A DNA stretch of 64,000 nucleotides from Gemmatimonadales bacterium (GCA_036500345.1 DASYCE010000016.1:13085-77084); one strand, 5' to 3'; positions 1 to 10,177 are shown, counted from the stretch's first letter. Notes: generated from the sequence alone by a model not told the origin. Translations and numbers: made by a program.

Positions 1-179
1 GCCGCCACGATATCGGCGATCCGCGGGTCGAGCGGCTCGCCCAGGTCGATGGTGCGCAGCAGCGATTTGTAGACCGCCTTGGGGAGCCGCTTCTGCATGA
101 CATGCTTGGAGAACGTGTCGACGCCGAAGAGGGCATCGACACGGGAGGTCGGCGAAGTGGGGACGGACGGATCGGTCAC
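1..179 (-). CDS. glutamine synthetase type III, N-terminal part (runs off window)
   Basis: Manual translation from GTG at 179: MTDPSVPTSPTSRVDALFGVDTFSKHVMQKRLPKAVYKSLLRTIDLGEPLDPRIADIVAA, matching the GSIII N-terminal FG..F...M..RLPK.VYKSL..TI..G..LD..IAD.VA pattern. Confidence 0.85.
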   Translation of the reverse strand, partial: MTDPSVPTSPTSRVDALFGVDTFSKHVMQKRLPKAVYKSLLRTIDLGEPLDPRIADIVA

Positions 180-477
180 GCGCGAGGTCCTCGGGCTGGG
201 GTCGGCAAGCGGAAGGCGAAGAACATAGCGAGTGGGGCGCTGTGCGCAATCTTGATTAGGCGGCTAACATAATGGGAATTCCAGCGATAGAATGCGGCTT
301 TGGCGATACTCAATCTTCATGGCATCAATAAATAGCCGACTATCTTGATTCGATGTTTCGCGCCGTTCTCCGGCCCCGGCCGGCCGCGCCGCGGCCTGAA
401 TCGCCCGATCCCTTGCGGCCTCCTGCGGTCAACACGATCTTGGTCGGTCGGCATCAAACCCGTTCCCCGGAATCGTC

Positions 478-1296
478 GTGAGCAAGCTCCCATCCCTGAG
501 CCTGGTCGTCCTGACGCTTGCCGCCTGCGCCGGCAACGCCGGCAACGCGCCGCCTCCCGGATCGGCGAGCGAGCCGTTGTCGACGTGGGATGTCGTGGAA
601 GCCGATACGGGCTCGCGGATGATCTACGCGCGCAACAACACGTCGCAGCCGATCACCATCGAATCGATCACCATCACCCGCTGCGAGAATCTCCGCCAGA
701 ACTGCGGTGATCATCCGGCACACCTGGTCGTGCCGCCCGGGAAATCGCTGCCGGTGTTCCACGTCGACCGGCTCTCATCGCGACTTGCCTGGTCATGGGG
801 ATACCGGATTCACACCGCGCCGCGACCGGTCACCATGTCCACCGGCCCGACGCGAACGGTGGTCACCGGCCCGACCGGGGCGCAGACCACAGCGCAGCCG
901 ATCGCAGTCGACTCATTCCGTGCGGCGGTTCCACCGATCACCACCGACGCATCGTGCGGCCACATCACCGTCCCCGATCTGCCGGAGGGTCATCGCGCAT
1001 TGCTGATGGTCTTTGGCACGCCGTCGCAACCCGCGGCGCGCCGCATCATCGTGCGGTACGACGCCAACGGGAACGCGTACGATTACAACGAGACACGGAC
1101 TGGTCCACCCGAGGACGGCACGGCAACCTGGATCACCATCGACCTGGTGCGGCAACGCGGGCTGGTGCGGAACGCGCGGGCAGGCGGCACGTCAGAGTGG
1201 TACACTGTGACCGGCGGCACGCTGACAACTGCGCAATCGCTCGATCGTCCCGCCGAGATGATCGCCCGGATCAAGCGAGAGTGCAGCAACAGCTGA
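478..1296 (+). CDS. hypothetical lipoprotein
   Basis: 272-aa ORF with lipobox-like LAAC after a hydrophobic stretch. Confidence 0.7.
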   Translation: MSKLPSLSLVVLTLAACAGNAGNAPPPGSASEPLSTWDVVEADTGSRMIYARNNTSQPITIESITITRCENLRQNCGDHPAHLVVPPGKSLPVFHVDRLSSRLAWSWGYRIHTAPRPVTMSTGPTRTVVTGPTGAQTTAQPIAVDSFRAAVPPITTDASCGHITVPDLPEGHRALLMVFGTPSQPAARRIIVRYDANGNAYDYNETRTGPPEDGTATWITIDLVRQRGLVRNARAGGTSEWYTVTGGTLTTAQSLDRPAEMIARIKRECSNS

Positions 1297-1326
1297 ACCT
1301 TCCCGGGGAGTTTCCCGGGAATTTGG

Positions 1327-2745
1327 CTACGAAGTCTCCAGCGCCCACCGCGCCAGGTGCACCGCGAGTCCTCCCCCGCGGATCGCCTTCAGCAGGAAGA
1401 CCACCGGATCGCCGCCGACCTCGGCATACCACGATTGCCACGCCTCGTGCGCCAGTCCCGCAGCGAGCGCGCCGAGCGGCTGGCACGCGACGTTCCCGAC
1501 GATACGAATCGGTGCGTCTTCATCGGCACCGCCAAGCAACTCCGCCGTCCGTTCCACCAGTTCATCGGCGCTGCTCATCCCGGCGTGCAGCATGAGGTCA
1601 TTCTCGGCAGCGACATTCTCCTCGAGCGCGACATACGACATCATCACCCGTCGCTCGGGGAGGCCGAAGACATCGGTGCCCCGCAGGAGCGCCGCGACCG
1701 TCCGTCCCCACCCTGCGAGCAGTCCGGGTGCCAGCAACGCGCGCCGCACCGACCGCGACATCTCCGCTCGCTCGGCGAGGAGCATCCGCACAGCGTGGTC
1801 GCGCACAGCGTACGCTGCCATCGACCAGCCGTCCTGCGCAGTGACCGGCGGCTCGGGTGGTTCGGTATCGACGACCGGGAGGCCAAGGGCGTGCATCTCT
1901 TCCCAGACGCGGCGCCATTCATCCTGCCAGAAATCAGTCATCAGGTCGGCGGCCGGACTGACCGCCGCCAGTCGCGCCGCGCACGCCAGCGGCTCCTCGT
2001 CGCCAAGTTCGGCCGCAGCCGCCACGAGCGAACGTTCGACACCGCCGCGCCGCAGCTCGAGGAGTCGAAAGGTCCCCTTGATGCCGAGCGGCTCGCTCAC
2101 GAGGTGTGACAGGCACGCCTCGAGGGGCCCCGTTCCCCAGCCATAGGCGCCGCCTTCGCGCTCCGCGCCGTGCAGCCAGGCGCGATGCTCGCCGATCGCC
2201 ACCAGCGCCGGTTGCACAGCCGCATCGTCGAGCCGCTCGGTCGCGGCATCGAGCGGGCCATCCGCGTCGAGCGCCGTCTCGCGCCGCGCCTGCGCCACGA
2301 TCATCGGTGGCGCGGGCCGGGCGTCTTCCCTGAGCGACGCGAGAAAGCCGGGCACCGCGGCCACCCGATCGCGCAACGCCGCTTCGCATCGCGCATCGAA
2401 GTCCTCGCCCATCAGCGCAGTGAGCGCCGCATCGAGGTGCGCCAGCGGCAAGGCGGGATTGGATGTCTCGCAGCAGAGTGCGGCTTCGGCAAGGGAGATA
2501 TCGCTGCGAATGGTATCGAGGAGCATCGTGCGATCGATTTCGTCGTCGATCATTTCGACCGTCTCGAGATCCTCGATCGCATTGGCTACGCTCTTGAGCG
2601 CGGCGACGTGCGCCTTCTGCGCCAGCGCGTCGAAGCGACCGAGCCGGTGACGGCACTCCGGCGGCGCATTCTCCGGATAGCGGAACGGGTCGATGTGGCG
2701 CGCCAGATCGAGATACGATGCAAGCAGCGGTTCGAGCTCGCTCAC
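1327..2745 (-). CDS. hypothetical protein, distantly DUF885-like
   Basis: 472-aa helical acidic protein coupled to the upstream gene; family assignment is weak. Confidence 0.55.
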   Translation of the reverse strand: MSELEPLLASYLDLARHIDPFRYPENAPPECRHRLGRFDALAQKAHVAALKSVANAIEDLETVEMIDDEIDRTMLLDTIRSDISLAEAALCCETSNPALPLAHLDAALTALMGEDFDARCEAALRDRVAAVPGFLASLREDARPAPPMIVAQARRETALDADGPLDAATERLDDAAVQPALVAIGEHRAWLHGAEREGGAYGWGTGPLEACLSHLVSEPLGIKGTFRLLELRRGGVERSLVAAAAELGDEEPLACAARLAAVSPAADLMTDFWQDEWRRVWEEMHALGLPVVDTEPPEPPVTAQDGWSMAAYAVRDHAVRMLLAERAEMSRSVRRALLAPGLLAGWGRTVAALLRGTDVFGLPERRVMMSYVALEENVAAENDLMLHAGMSSADELVERTAELLGGADEDAPIRIVGNVACQPLGALAAGLAHEAWQSWYAEVGGDPVVFLLKAIRGGGLAVHLARWALETS

Positions 2746-3725
2746 GCGCGCCCCGCAATCTCGCTGTGCGCACCGATCGTCCCCGACCCGGTGAAGTCGG
2801 CGATCTTCACCTTATCGCCGAGCATCGCGTGCGTCAGCGTCGAACGCTCGATGGTGCATCCCGGGCCGACGATCGCGTGCGCTACCGCGGCGTCGCGGAC
2901 AGTGGTACCGGTTTCGAGTGTCACGTTCGGTCCGATGGTGCAGCGCTCCAGGGTGCAGCCAGCCTCGATCAGCACCGGCTCGACCAGCCGTACATCGGCG
3001 CCGACCGCCGGGTGCTTCGCAGCACCCTGCTCGAGGAGGATCCCGTTGGTCTCGATCGTCGTCTCGAGCTGTCCACAGTCGTACCAGCCGCCGACCTCCG
3101 CCGTCCTGATCTTGCAGCCGCTGTCGATCATCTGCTGGAAGGCATCGGTGAGGTAGTACTCTCCCTTGTTCGGCGCGCTCGCGAGGACGTGATCGATCCC
3201 CTTCCAGAGCGCGTCGACGTTGCGGATGAAGTAGAGGCCGATGTTCGCCAGCTTCGAGATCGGCTCGCTCGGCTTCTCGACGATCTTCGTCATGTGGCCG
3301 TGCGAATCGGTCACCACCACGCCGAAGCGCTGGTAATCCTCGACCTCCTTCGCCCAGATGATTCCGTCGTCATCGGTCCGCTCGGCGAGCGAGAGATCGG
3401 CCTCGAAGACGGTGTCAACGAAGATGATCATCACCGGTCCGTGCACGAACGGCCGCGCCAGATTCACGGCACCTGCAGTGCCGTCCTGGACCGTCTGCTC
3501 GACGAATCGCGACGGGATCGTGTAGTGCTCTCGGGCGTACTGCTCCACCTGTCCCTTGAGATGTCCCGTGATGAAGATCAGTTCCTCGACGTGCAGCCCT
3601 TCGAGGCGATCCATCACCCAGTCGATCACCGGACGGCCGGCAACCTTGAGCATCGGCTTCGGCACGAGATGCGTGTGCGGGCGGAGCCGGGTTCCCTTCC
3701 CCGCGAGCGGAATGATCACCTGCAT
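2742..3725 (-). CDS. sugar-phosphate nucleotidyltransferase (glucose-1-phosphate thymidylyltransferase-like)
   Basis: IIPLAGKGTRLRPHT..PKPM motif, VEKP, C-terminal hexapeptide repeats. Confidence 0.9.
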   Translation of the reverse strand: MQVIIPLAGKGTRLRPHTHLVPKPMLKVAGRPVIDWVMDRLEGLHVEELIFITGHLKGQVEQYAREHYTIPSRFVEQTVQDGTAGAVNLARPFVHGPVMIIFVDTVFEADLSLAERTDDDGIIWAKEVEDYQRFGVVVTDSHGHMTKIVEKPSEPISKLANIGLYFIRNVDALWKGIDHVLASAPNKGEYYLTDAFQQMIDSGCKIRTAEVGGWYDCGQLETTIETNGILLEQGAAKHPAVGADVRLVEPVLIEAGCTLERCTIGPNVTLETGTTVRDAAVAHAIVGPGCTIERSTLTHAMLGDKVKIADFTGSGTIGAHSEIAGRA

Positions 3726-3729
3726 GCGT

Positions 3730-4086
3730 TCAGCTTCTCCCGTATCGGTCGGTGATGCGAACCAGGTCGTCGAGTTCCGGCGTCGAGGCTTCGAGGACGT
3801 CGCTGTCGAGGACCGCTTCGATCTGATGGATCGTGGGCGCCGGAATATGAACCGATTCGCCGGCGCGAAAAGCGCGCTCCACCGGCTTCCCGTCGCGCTC
3901 CGGCCAGGTGCGGAGGATCAGCTCACCGGAGAGGACGTGCATCGTTTCGTCTTTCCTGTGATGGAACTGGATCGAGAGGAGGTGCCCGGCGTTGACGTGC
4001 AGGATCTTGCCGACATAGCGATCGGTGTGGGCCCAGATCAGTTCGTATCCCCACGGCTTGTCGACCCGGCGTGGCACCTGCTGCAT
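3730..4086 (-). CDS. cupin domain protein (mannose-6-phosphate isomerase-like)
   Basis: KPWGYE...LSIQFHHRKDET...IHQIEA motifs; ATG at 4086 overlaps the upstream stop. Confidence 0.85.
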   Translation of the reverse strand: MQQVPRRVDKPWGYELIWAHTDRYVGKILHVNAGHLLSIQFHHRKDETMHVLSGELILRTWPERDGKPVERAFRAGESVHIPAPTIHQIEAVLDSDVLEASTPELDDLVRITDRYGRS

Positions 4087-4658
4087 CAGCGCTCCAGCGG
4101 AATCAGGGTGAACGACGACGGAAACGTGGGACAGGCGCGCACGCACACGCCGCACCCCACGCACCCTTCCCAACGGAGCACCGGCCGCCCCTGATCGTCG
4201 GCCACCAGCGCGCTTTCACCGATCGGACAGGCGTCGACGCAAATCCGGCACTCCTCGCCCCGGAACGTAACGCATCGGTCGGGATGGAAGACCGCCCGCC
4301 CCAGCCGCTCCTCCGCCCACCCATCCGGCGGCACCAGGAGCGCGCCGGTGGGGCACTTCGTGGCGCACGGCATGTCGGGGCAGGCGGTGCAGGCGACCTG
4401 GTCTGGCTCGAGAAACGGCGTCCCCGAGGCGAGCCCGCCCTCGGGCCCGGCGTAGCGGATCGCCTTCGGCGGGCAGACATCGGCGCAGATTCCGCAGCGG
4501 GAACACGCCGCCAGAAACGCGACCTCGGGGAGCGCGCCAGGTGGCCTGATATACCGGCGCTGCACGATCCGCTCCTCGGTGACGCGGGCGACCTGCTTGA
4601 CCGCACCACCGAACGCCCGTCGCAGGAAGCCGCGCCGATCGCTGAGAAAATCCTTCAT
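4086..4658 (-). CDS. NapG/MauM-family 4Fe-4S ferredoxin-type protein
   Basis: RRGFL Tat-like motif, IRPPGA, four Cys clusters (CSRCGICADVCP, CTAC..PCATKCP, CRICVDACP, CVGCGVCVRACP). Confidence 0.85.
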   Translation of the reverse strand: MKDFLSDRRGFLRRAFGGAVKQVARVTEERIVQRRYIRPPGALPEVAFLAACSRCGICADVCPPKAIRYAGPEGGLASGTPFLEPDQVACTACPDMPCATKCPTGALLVPPDGWAEERLGRAVFHPDRCVTFRGEECRICVDACPIGESALVADDQGRPVLRWEGCVGCGVCVRACPTFPSSFTLIPLER

Positions 4659-4700
4659 CGCCCCAATCTAGGGAGTCACCGTTCCCCCGGCTCGCGCCAC

Positions 4701-4742
4701 AAAACGACGACGCCCCGTCGCGAGCGATCGCGACGGAGCGTC
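4701..4742 (-). terminator. probable intrinsic terminator after atpH
   Basis: GC stem GACGCTCCGTCGCGA/TCGCGACGGGGCGTC followed by GTCGTTTT on the minus strand. Confidence 0.55.
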
Positions 4743-4762
4743 TGACCACAGAGTTCCCGCAG

Positions 4763-5296
4763 CTACGGAGTCAGCAACTGCTGCCGGAGGGCGCCGAGGC
4801 GCTTCCGGAGCGATCCGTCATAGATCCGATCGCCGATCCGCACGATGGTGCCGCCGAGAATGGCGGGATCGACGGTGAAGCCGGCGATGACACTCTTGCC
4901 GATCGACTTGGAGAGCCGCTCGATGATCAGGTTGCGAGCCAGCGCATCGACGTCGCGCGCCACCGTGATTCCGGCGCGGACGCGGCCGAGCTTGAGATCA
5001 ACCAGCGCATGATACTCGTCGGCGATCTGCCCGAGGAGCGTCTGGCGCCCGCGGCGGATCACCGCCACGATGAAGAGCGAAAACGGCCGCGGATGATCCT
5101 GCAGCGCATCGCGCACCAGCTCGAGCTTTTTCTCGCGCGGCACCCGCGGCGACATCAGCACCACCTCGATCGCCGGGGTGCTGAACGCTGCCGCCGTGAC
5201 GTCGAGCTTCGTGCCCCACTTCTCCAGCGCGTCGTGTTCCTGCGCCAGCTGCACCAGCGTTTCGGCGTAGTTCCGCGCGATGGTGACGTCTCTCAC
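4763..5296 (-). CDS. atpH: ATP synthase F1 subunit delta
   Basis: IARNYAETL start, VDPAILGG..VRIGDRIYDGSL C-terminus. Confidence 0.95.
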   Translation of the reverse strand: MRDVTIARNYAETLVQLAQEHDALEKWGTKLDVTAAAFSTPAIEVVLMSPRVPREKKLELVRDALQDHPRPFSLFIVAVIRRGRQTLLGQIADEYHALVDLKLGRVRAGITVARDVDALARNLIIERLSKSIGKSVIAGFTVDPAILGGTIVRIGDRIYDGSLRKRLGALRQQLLTP

Positions 5297-5808
5297 CCTT
5301 TGGCTCCGCTCTTCCCGATCGACGCGATGTAGTCATCGACGATCTGGCGGTCAGCGGCGGAGTCGAGCCGCGAACCGACCACCTTCCCCGCCGCCGAAAT
5401 CGCCAGGTCGACGGCGTCGCGACGGATTTCCGCGATCGCGCGCTCGCGCTCGGCATCGATTTCACGCCGGGCACGATGGAGCAGCTCTTCCTGTTCCTGC
5501 CGGGTCTTCTCGACCCCGGTCGCGCGCTCGCGATCGGCCGCCTGGCGCGCTTCGGTGATGATCGCCTGCGCCTCGCCGCGCGCACTGGCGAGCAGCTCGC
5601 GCTGTTCCTCCAGCGCCGCGGCGGATTCCGTCCGCAGCCGCTCCGCTTCGGCGAGATCCTTGCGGATCTGCGCTTCGCGGTCGGCCACCGACTTCATGAT
5701 CGGCGGATAGACCAGCTTCGCCAGGATCACCATCAGCAGCAGGAAGACAATCCAGGTCCAGATCGCGACACCGATCGTCGGCTGGAATGGCGCCGGCAGG
5801 TTGTTCAT
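5293..5808 (-). CDS. atpF: ATP synthase F0 subunit b
   Basis: N-terminal TM helix plus long charged coiled coil, lying between atpE and atpH. Confidence 0.93.
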   Translation of the reverse strand: MNNLPAPFQPTIGVAIWTWIVFLLLMVILAKLVYPPIMKSVADREAQIRKDLAEAERLRTESAAALEEQRELLASARGEAQAIITEARQAADRERATGVEKTRQEQEELLHRARREIDAERERAIAEIRRDAVDLAISAAGKVVGSRLDSAADRQIVDDYIASIGKSGAKG

Positions 5809-5826
5809 GCTCGCGTCCTCGGTCCG

Positions 5827-6105
5827 TTACATCAACTTGAAGAGAAGTCCGAACACCAGCGCGATGATCGTCGTTCCTTCGAGCAGCGCGGCGAAGAGAA
5901 TGCCGGCGGCGCGAATCGCGTTGGTCGCTTCGGGCTGGCGCGCAATCGCCTCGGCGCACTGTCCGCCGATGCGGCCGAGACCGATGCCGGCACCGACGAT
6001 GGCGAGACCGATGCCGATACCGGCGCCGAGCTGGCCGTAACCGGAGGCCGTGGCCTTGGCGAGGTCGAGCGGCGTCTGGGCCTGGAGCAGGATGGGAAGC
6101 AGCAT
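5827..6105 (-). CDS. atpE: ATP synthase F0 subunit c
   Basis: GxGxGxG motif, ARQPE loop, conserved Glu in LLEG. Confidence 0.95.
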   Translation of the reverse strand: MLLPILLQAQTPLDLAKATASGYGQLGAGIGIGLAIVGAGIGLGRIGGQCAEAIARQPEATNAIRAAGILFAALLEGTTIIALVFGLLFKLM

Positions 6106-6294
6106 GTCAGTTCAATCCCTGTGTGTTGGAAGAACAGTATCTGTCGCATCGCTCGTCGGACCACCGGTCTCTTCCGGAACCGGCGCCCTTCGGTGGAGAC
6201 CCGCGGGATCACTCCCAGTCTCCGATGACGGCATCATGCGCCGCCTGTCGCCGTCACCGCGGGATGCGCGAGGTGACGGCCTCCTGCTCAACCG

Positions 6295-7164
6295 CTAGTG
6301 CTCGTGCTGCATCAACCCGATGAAGACCGCGGTCAGCACCGCGAACACGTATGCCTGGATCGTCGCGACGACGAGCTCGAGGATCATCACGCCGAGGACC
6401 ACGAGTGCCGTGACCCCGCCGATGCCGTAGCTCGCCAGCCCGAAATGCCCGAACATGAACACGATCCCGAACATCGCCAGGATCACGAAATGTCCCGCGG
6501 TCATGTTGCCGAAGAGACGGACCGTCAGCGCGAACGGCTTGACCAGCTTCGACATGAATTCGATCGGCGCCATGAAGATCGACATCGCGATATTCCCGGC
6601 CGGCGGCAACCCCTCGATCGGCGGGAAGATCGTCCCCATGTATCCCTTGAAGCCGAGCTTGACCATCCCGCCGATCTCGATCACGACGAACGCGATCAAT
6701 GCCAGTGCGCCGGTGAAGGCGAGATTCCCGGACGGCGTGTTGCTCCACGGCACCAGGCCGATGAGGTTCGCGACCCAGATGAAGAAGAAGAGGGTGAGGA
6801 TCAGCGGCGCATAGAAATCCGCGGCCTCGTGCCCGATGTTGTCGATGACGAGTTCCTGCCGTGCCCAGAGGATCAGCGCTTCCATCATCCCCGAAAAGCC
6901 GCCGGGGGCGCGCCCTTCACGGCGAGCGCGCTGCACGCCGAGCGAGGTGATCTGCAGCAGCGCATAGGTGATGATCCCGGTGATGACGATCAGCACCACG
7001 TACTTGGTGGGCGAGACGTCGATGCTCCACGAGCCGATGTGAATCGGCTTCCACTGCGGCAGGTGGACCGTCCCGAACGGCGCAAAGTCGAACTCGTGCG
7101 AGTCGCCGGTGTGGTGGAAGATCATCTCGCCGATGTTGAGCGGCTGTTGCGGTTCTTGCATCAT
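6295..7164 (-). CDS. atpB: ATP synthase F0 subunit a
   Basis: KPFALTVRLFGNMTAGH and IQAYVF motifs. Confidence 0.95.
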   Translation of the reverse strand: MMQEPQQPLNIGEMIFHHTGDSHEFDFAPFGTVHLPQWKPIHIGSWSIDVSPTKYVVLIVITGIITYALLQITSLGVQRARREGRAPGGFSGMMEALILWARQELVIDNIGHEAADFYAPLILTLFFFIWVANLIGLVPWSNTPSGNLAFTGALALIAFVVIEIGGMVKLGFKGYMGTIFPPIEGLPPAGNIAMSIFMAPIEFMSKLVKPFALTVRLFGNMTAGHFVILAMFGIVFMFGHFGLASYGIGGVTALVVLGVMILELVVATIQAYVFAVLTAVFIGLMQHEH

Positions 7165-7523
7165 CGGGCCAGTCGCGTCTCCAGATACAACAGTGGCAAC
7201 ACCGTGCCGACGTAGCCGAGCGCGCTCGGCAGCGGCTGAAACACCGTGCGATCGAAGTGCACCGCGAGAAAGAGCACGATCACGCCGCTCAACCGCAGGA
7301 TCACGCCGATCCCGTACACCTTGAGATGCTCCGGCGTCGGCGATTCACCGGTCTTCGCCATCGCCCGTGCGGCGAGGAGCTGCATCGCCAGCGCCACTCC
7401 ACCCATCAGCACCGCGGCGCGGCATCCCGGCTCCCCCCATACCACCGCGGCGATGGCACCGATCAATCCGGCGCACACCACACCCCAGATCGCGCGCTGG
7501 CCCTGGGCGCCGATTCCGGTCAA
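7161..7523 (-). CDS. ATP synthase protein I-like membrane protein
   Basis: Four hydrophobic helices just before atpB; TTG start overlaps the upstream stop. Confidence 0.65.
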   Translation of the reverse strand: MTGIGAQGQRAIWGVVCAGLIGAIAAVVWGEPGCRAAVLMGGVALAMQLLAARAMAKTGESPTPEHLKVYGIGVILRLSGVIVLFLAVHFDRTVFQPLPSALGYVGTVLPLLYLETRLAR

Positions 7524-7756
7524 CGATCGCTCCGGCTCTCCCGGCGCAACCGCTGGAACATCCAGAATCCGCCGATCGCCATCCCGCCCAGCGTCCCCGC
7601 GACCGTGAAGAGCGGCACCGTGTGCAGCCGCCGATCGGCCCAGACCCCGAGGAGGACGCAACCGGTCAGCGTCAGCGCGAAGGTGATTCCGATCGTGAGC
7701 AGTGCGTACCCCTCGCCGATCTCCTTCGAATCGTCACCGGATCCGGGGCGCTTCAC
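7520..7756 (-). CDS. AtpZ/AtpI family protein
   Basis: LGVWADRRLHTVPLFTVAG..GG motif; first gene of the atp operon. Confidence 0.8.
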   Translation of the reverse strand: MKRPGSGDDSKEIGEGYALLTIGITFALTLTGCVLLGVWADRRLHTVPLFTVAGTLGGMAIGGFWMFQRLRRESRSDR

Positions 7757-7823
7757 GGCGGCAAAATTAGGACTTTGTGAAATATTTCGCAAGCAAAAAG
7801 TGGCGCCCTTATCTTTGGGGCCG

Positions 7824-8834
7824 ATGACCCTCGCACCCCCCTCCGACGACGTCGCCCAGCTCGCCTTCCTGGCGGACTCGGTGGCCACCCTCCGCAAGGA
7901 AGTGGCATCGAGAATCGTCGGTCAGCAAGGGGCGGTCGACGGGGTCCTGACCGCGATCCTCGGCGGCGGACATGCCCTCCTCGTGGGGGTGCCCGGGCTC
8001 GCCAAGACGCTGCTGGTCTCGACCGTGGCCGAGGCGCTCGCCCTCTCCTTTAATAGGGTGCAATTCACCCCGGATCTCATGCCCGGCGACATCACCGGGA
8101 CCGAGCTGGTCGAGGAGGACCCGGCGACCGGGAAGCGTGCCTTCCGGTTTGTCCGCGGGCCGATCTTCGCCCAGGTCGTCCTCGCCGACGAGATCAACCG
8201 GACTCCTCCCAAGACCCAGGCGGCGCTCCTCCAGGCGATGCAGGAGCGGGATGTCACCGTTGCCGGGCAGACCTACCCGCTGCCGGCGCCGTTCTTCGTG
8301 CTGGCGACGCAGAATCCGATCGAGCAGGAGGGGACGTATCCGCTCCCCGAGGCACAGCTCGACCGCTTCATGCTCGAGTTGCGGCTGGGATATCCATCGC
8401 GCGGCGACGAAGAAGCGATTGTGACGCAGACGACGGGGATGCATACCTCGACAGTGCGGCCCGTCATGGATGGGCCGACGCTCGTCGCGATGCAGGCGTT
8501 GGTTCGTCGGATTCCGGTGTCGCCGTCGCTGATCGCGTCGGCGGTGATGCTGGCGCGGATGACGCGGCCGAACGAAGCCGATGCGGCAGCGATCAGCCGC
8601 GCCTATGTCGAGTGGGGCGCCGGCCCGCGCGCGTCACAGTATCTCGTCCTCGGCGCCAAGGCGCGCGCCGCGATGGATGGGCGACCGCAGGCCGATCTCG
8701 ATGACATTCGCAATGTCGCGGTGGATGTGCTGCGGCATCGGGTGATGACGAACTTTGCAGCCGAAGCGGAAGACCGGCAGAGCGAAGATGTAGTTCGCGA
8801 ATTAGTGGAAGGAGGTAACTGGGAGCAACGGTGA
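7824..8834 (+). CDS. MoxR family AAA+ ATPase
   Basis: GVPGLAKT, RVQFTPDLMPGDITG, LADEINR, ATQNPIEQEGTYPLPEAQLDRF. Confidence 0.95.
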   Translation: MTLAPPSDDVAQLAFLADSVATLRKEVASRIVGQQGAVDGVLTAILGGGHALLVGVPGLAKTLLVSTVAEALALSFNRVQFTPDLMPGDITGTELVEEDPATGKRAFRFVRGPIFAQVVLADEINRTPPKTQAALLQAMQERDVTVAGQTYPLPAPFFVLATQNPIEQEGTYPLPEAQLDRFMLELRLGYPSRGDEEAIVTQTTGMHTSTVRPVMDGPTLVAMQALVRRIPVSPSLIASAVMLARMTRPNEADAAAISRAYVEWGAGPRASQYLVLGAKARAAMDGRPQADLDDIRNVAVDVLRHRVMTNFAAEAEDRQSEDVVRELVEGGNWEQR

Positions 8835-9047
8835 ACGCATGATCGTTACCGTAACTCACCGGATTGGCGCATCGAATCCGGTTCGGGCTGTAACAGTATC
8901 CCACCAGAATTGATCAGTTGTCGAAGATGTGCTAACGGTTGCCCCCCTTCATTCGTCATATAGCGCATCCTCCGGCACGCGTGCGAACTTCGACGCGCGT
9001 GTGGTCATCCTGACCTTTCGCGCGGAGGGCTGACCAGGAGAACTGCA

Positions 9048-10088
9048 ATGGATGCAACGAACCTCAAGCGAGGCACGCGGCGCGCAGCGTCGCGGCTCGC
9101 TCTTTCTGCGGTACTTGGCATCGCCGTGATCGCAGCGGCATGCTCATCGAACAACAACGACAACACCACCCCGACCCCCACGGCGATCGGCATCACCGGC
9201 GGCAACGCCCAGACGGCCACGACCAGTGCCGCCGGTCTCGCGGCACCGTTCAAGGTGAAGGTCACCGATCAGAGCGGCAATCCGATCAGCAACATCACCG
9301 TCACCTTCACGGCGAGCGGCGGCGCCACGCTGAAGTCGCCGACCGCGGTGACCGGCACCGATGGAAGCGCCACCGATTCACTGACGCTGGTTCCCGGCAC
9401 CGCCGGTACTGATACGGTCACCGCGTCGGTCTCCGGCGTGACCACCAGCGCGGTCTTCACCTACACCGTGACCGCGCAGACCTCGGTCGCGACGACGATC
9501 GCCGTGACCAGTGGAAATACCCAGACGGCCGTGGCAGGCGCCGCGGGATTGACGACGCCAATGGTCGTCACCGTCACTGACCAGAGCGGCAATCCGGTCA
9601 GCGGCGCAACGGTGACGTTCACGGCGAATGGCGGGGCGACGCTGACCACTCCCACCGCGACGACTGGTGCAGGCGGGACCGCAACTGATTCGATCACGCT
9701 GGTCGGCAACACGGCGGGGGTCGACACGGTGACCGCGTCAGTCTCCGGTGTCGCGACGCCGGCGACCTTCACCTACACGGTGAACGCTGGTGCGGCGGCG
9801 ACGGTCTCGGTGGTGAGCGGGAACAACCAGACCGCCACGCATGGAACGCTCCTCGCGGCGCCGATGATCGTGAAGGTGGTCGACGCACACGGCAACGCGG
9901 TTGCCGGCGCGACGATCAACTGGACCACCACCGGGGGCGTCCTGGGTGGACTTGCGGCGACGATGACCGACGTCACCGGGACGACGCAGAATACGCTGAC
10001 GTTGCCCGGCACGGCGGGACCGGTCACGGTGACCGGAGCGCTGGCCGGGACCGCGTCGACGGCGGTGTTCACCGAAACGGGCAGCTGA
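9048..10088 (+). CDS. lipoprotein with three tandem Ig-like (Big_1/invasin-type) domains
   Basis: Lipobox AAAC; three repeats of GN.QTA...L..P..V.V.D..GNP..G..V.F. Confidence 0.85.
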   Translation: MDATNLKRGTRRAASRLALSAVLGIAVIAAACSSNNNDNTTPTPTAIGITGGNAQTATTSAAGLAAPFKVKVTDQSGNPISNITVTFTASGGATLKSPTAVTGTDGSATDSLTLVPGTAGTDTVTASVSGVTTSAVFTYTVTAQTSVATTIAVTSGNTQTAVAGAAGLTTPMVVTVTDQSGNPVSGATVTFTANGGATLTTPTATTGAGGTATDSITLVGNTAGVDTVTASVSGVATPATFTYTVNAGAAATVSVVSGNNQTATHGTLLAAPMIVKVVDAHGNAVAGATINWTTTGGVLGGLAATMTDVTGTTQNTLTLPGTAGPVTVTGALAGTASTAVFTETGS

Positions 10089-10142
10089 ACATCCGAGGCT
10101 GAAGACGGCGATGTAGCGCCGCTTCTGACAGGAAGTCGGCAA

Positions 10143-10177
10143 CGAGCGCCGGTCCCCGATGCGGGGGCCGGCGCTCG
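10143..10177. terminator. GC-rich hairpin between convergent genes
   Basis: CGAGCGCCGGTCCCCG ... CGGGGGCCGGCGCTCG inverted repeat. Confidence 0.5.

Noticed and set aside
7257..7823. Long N-terminal extension of MoxR
   Set aside because: It overlaps atpZ/atpI on the opposite strand; ATG 7824 gives a normal-length MoxR.
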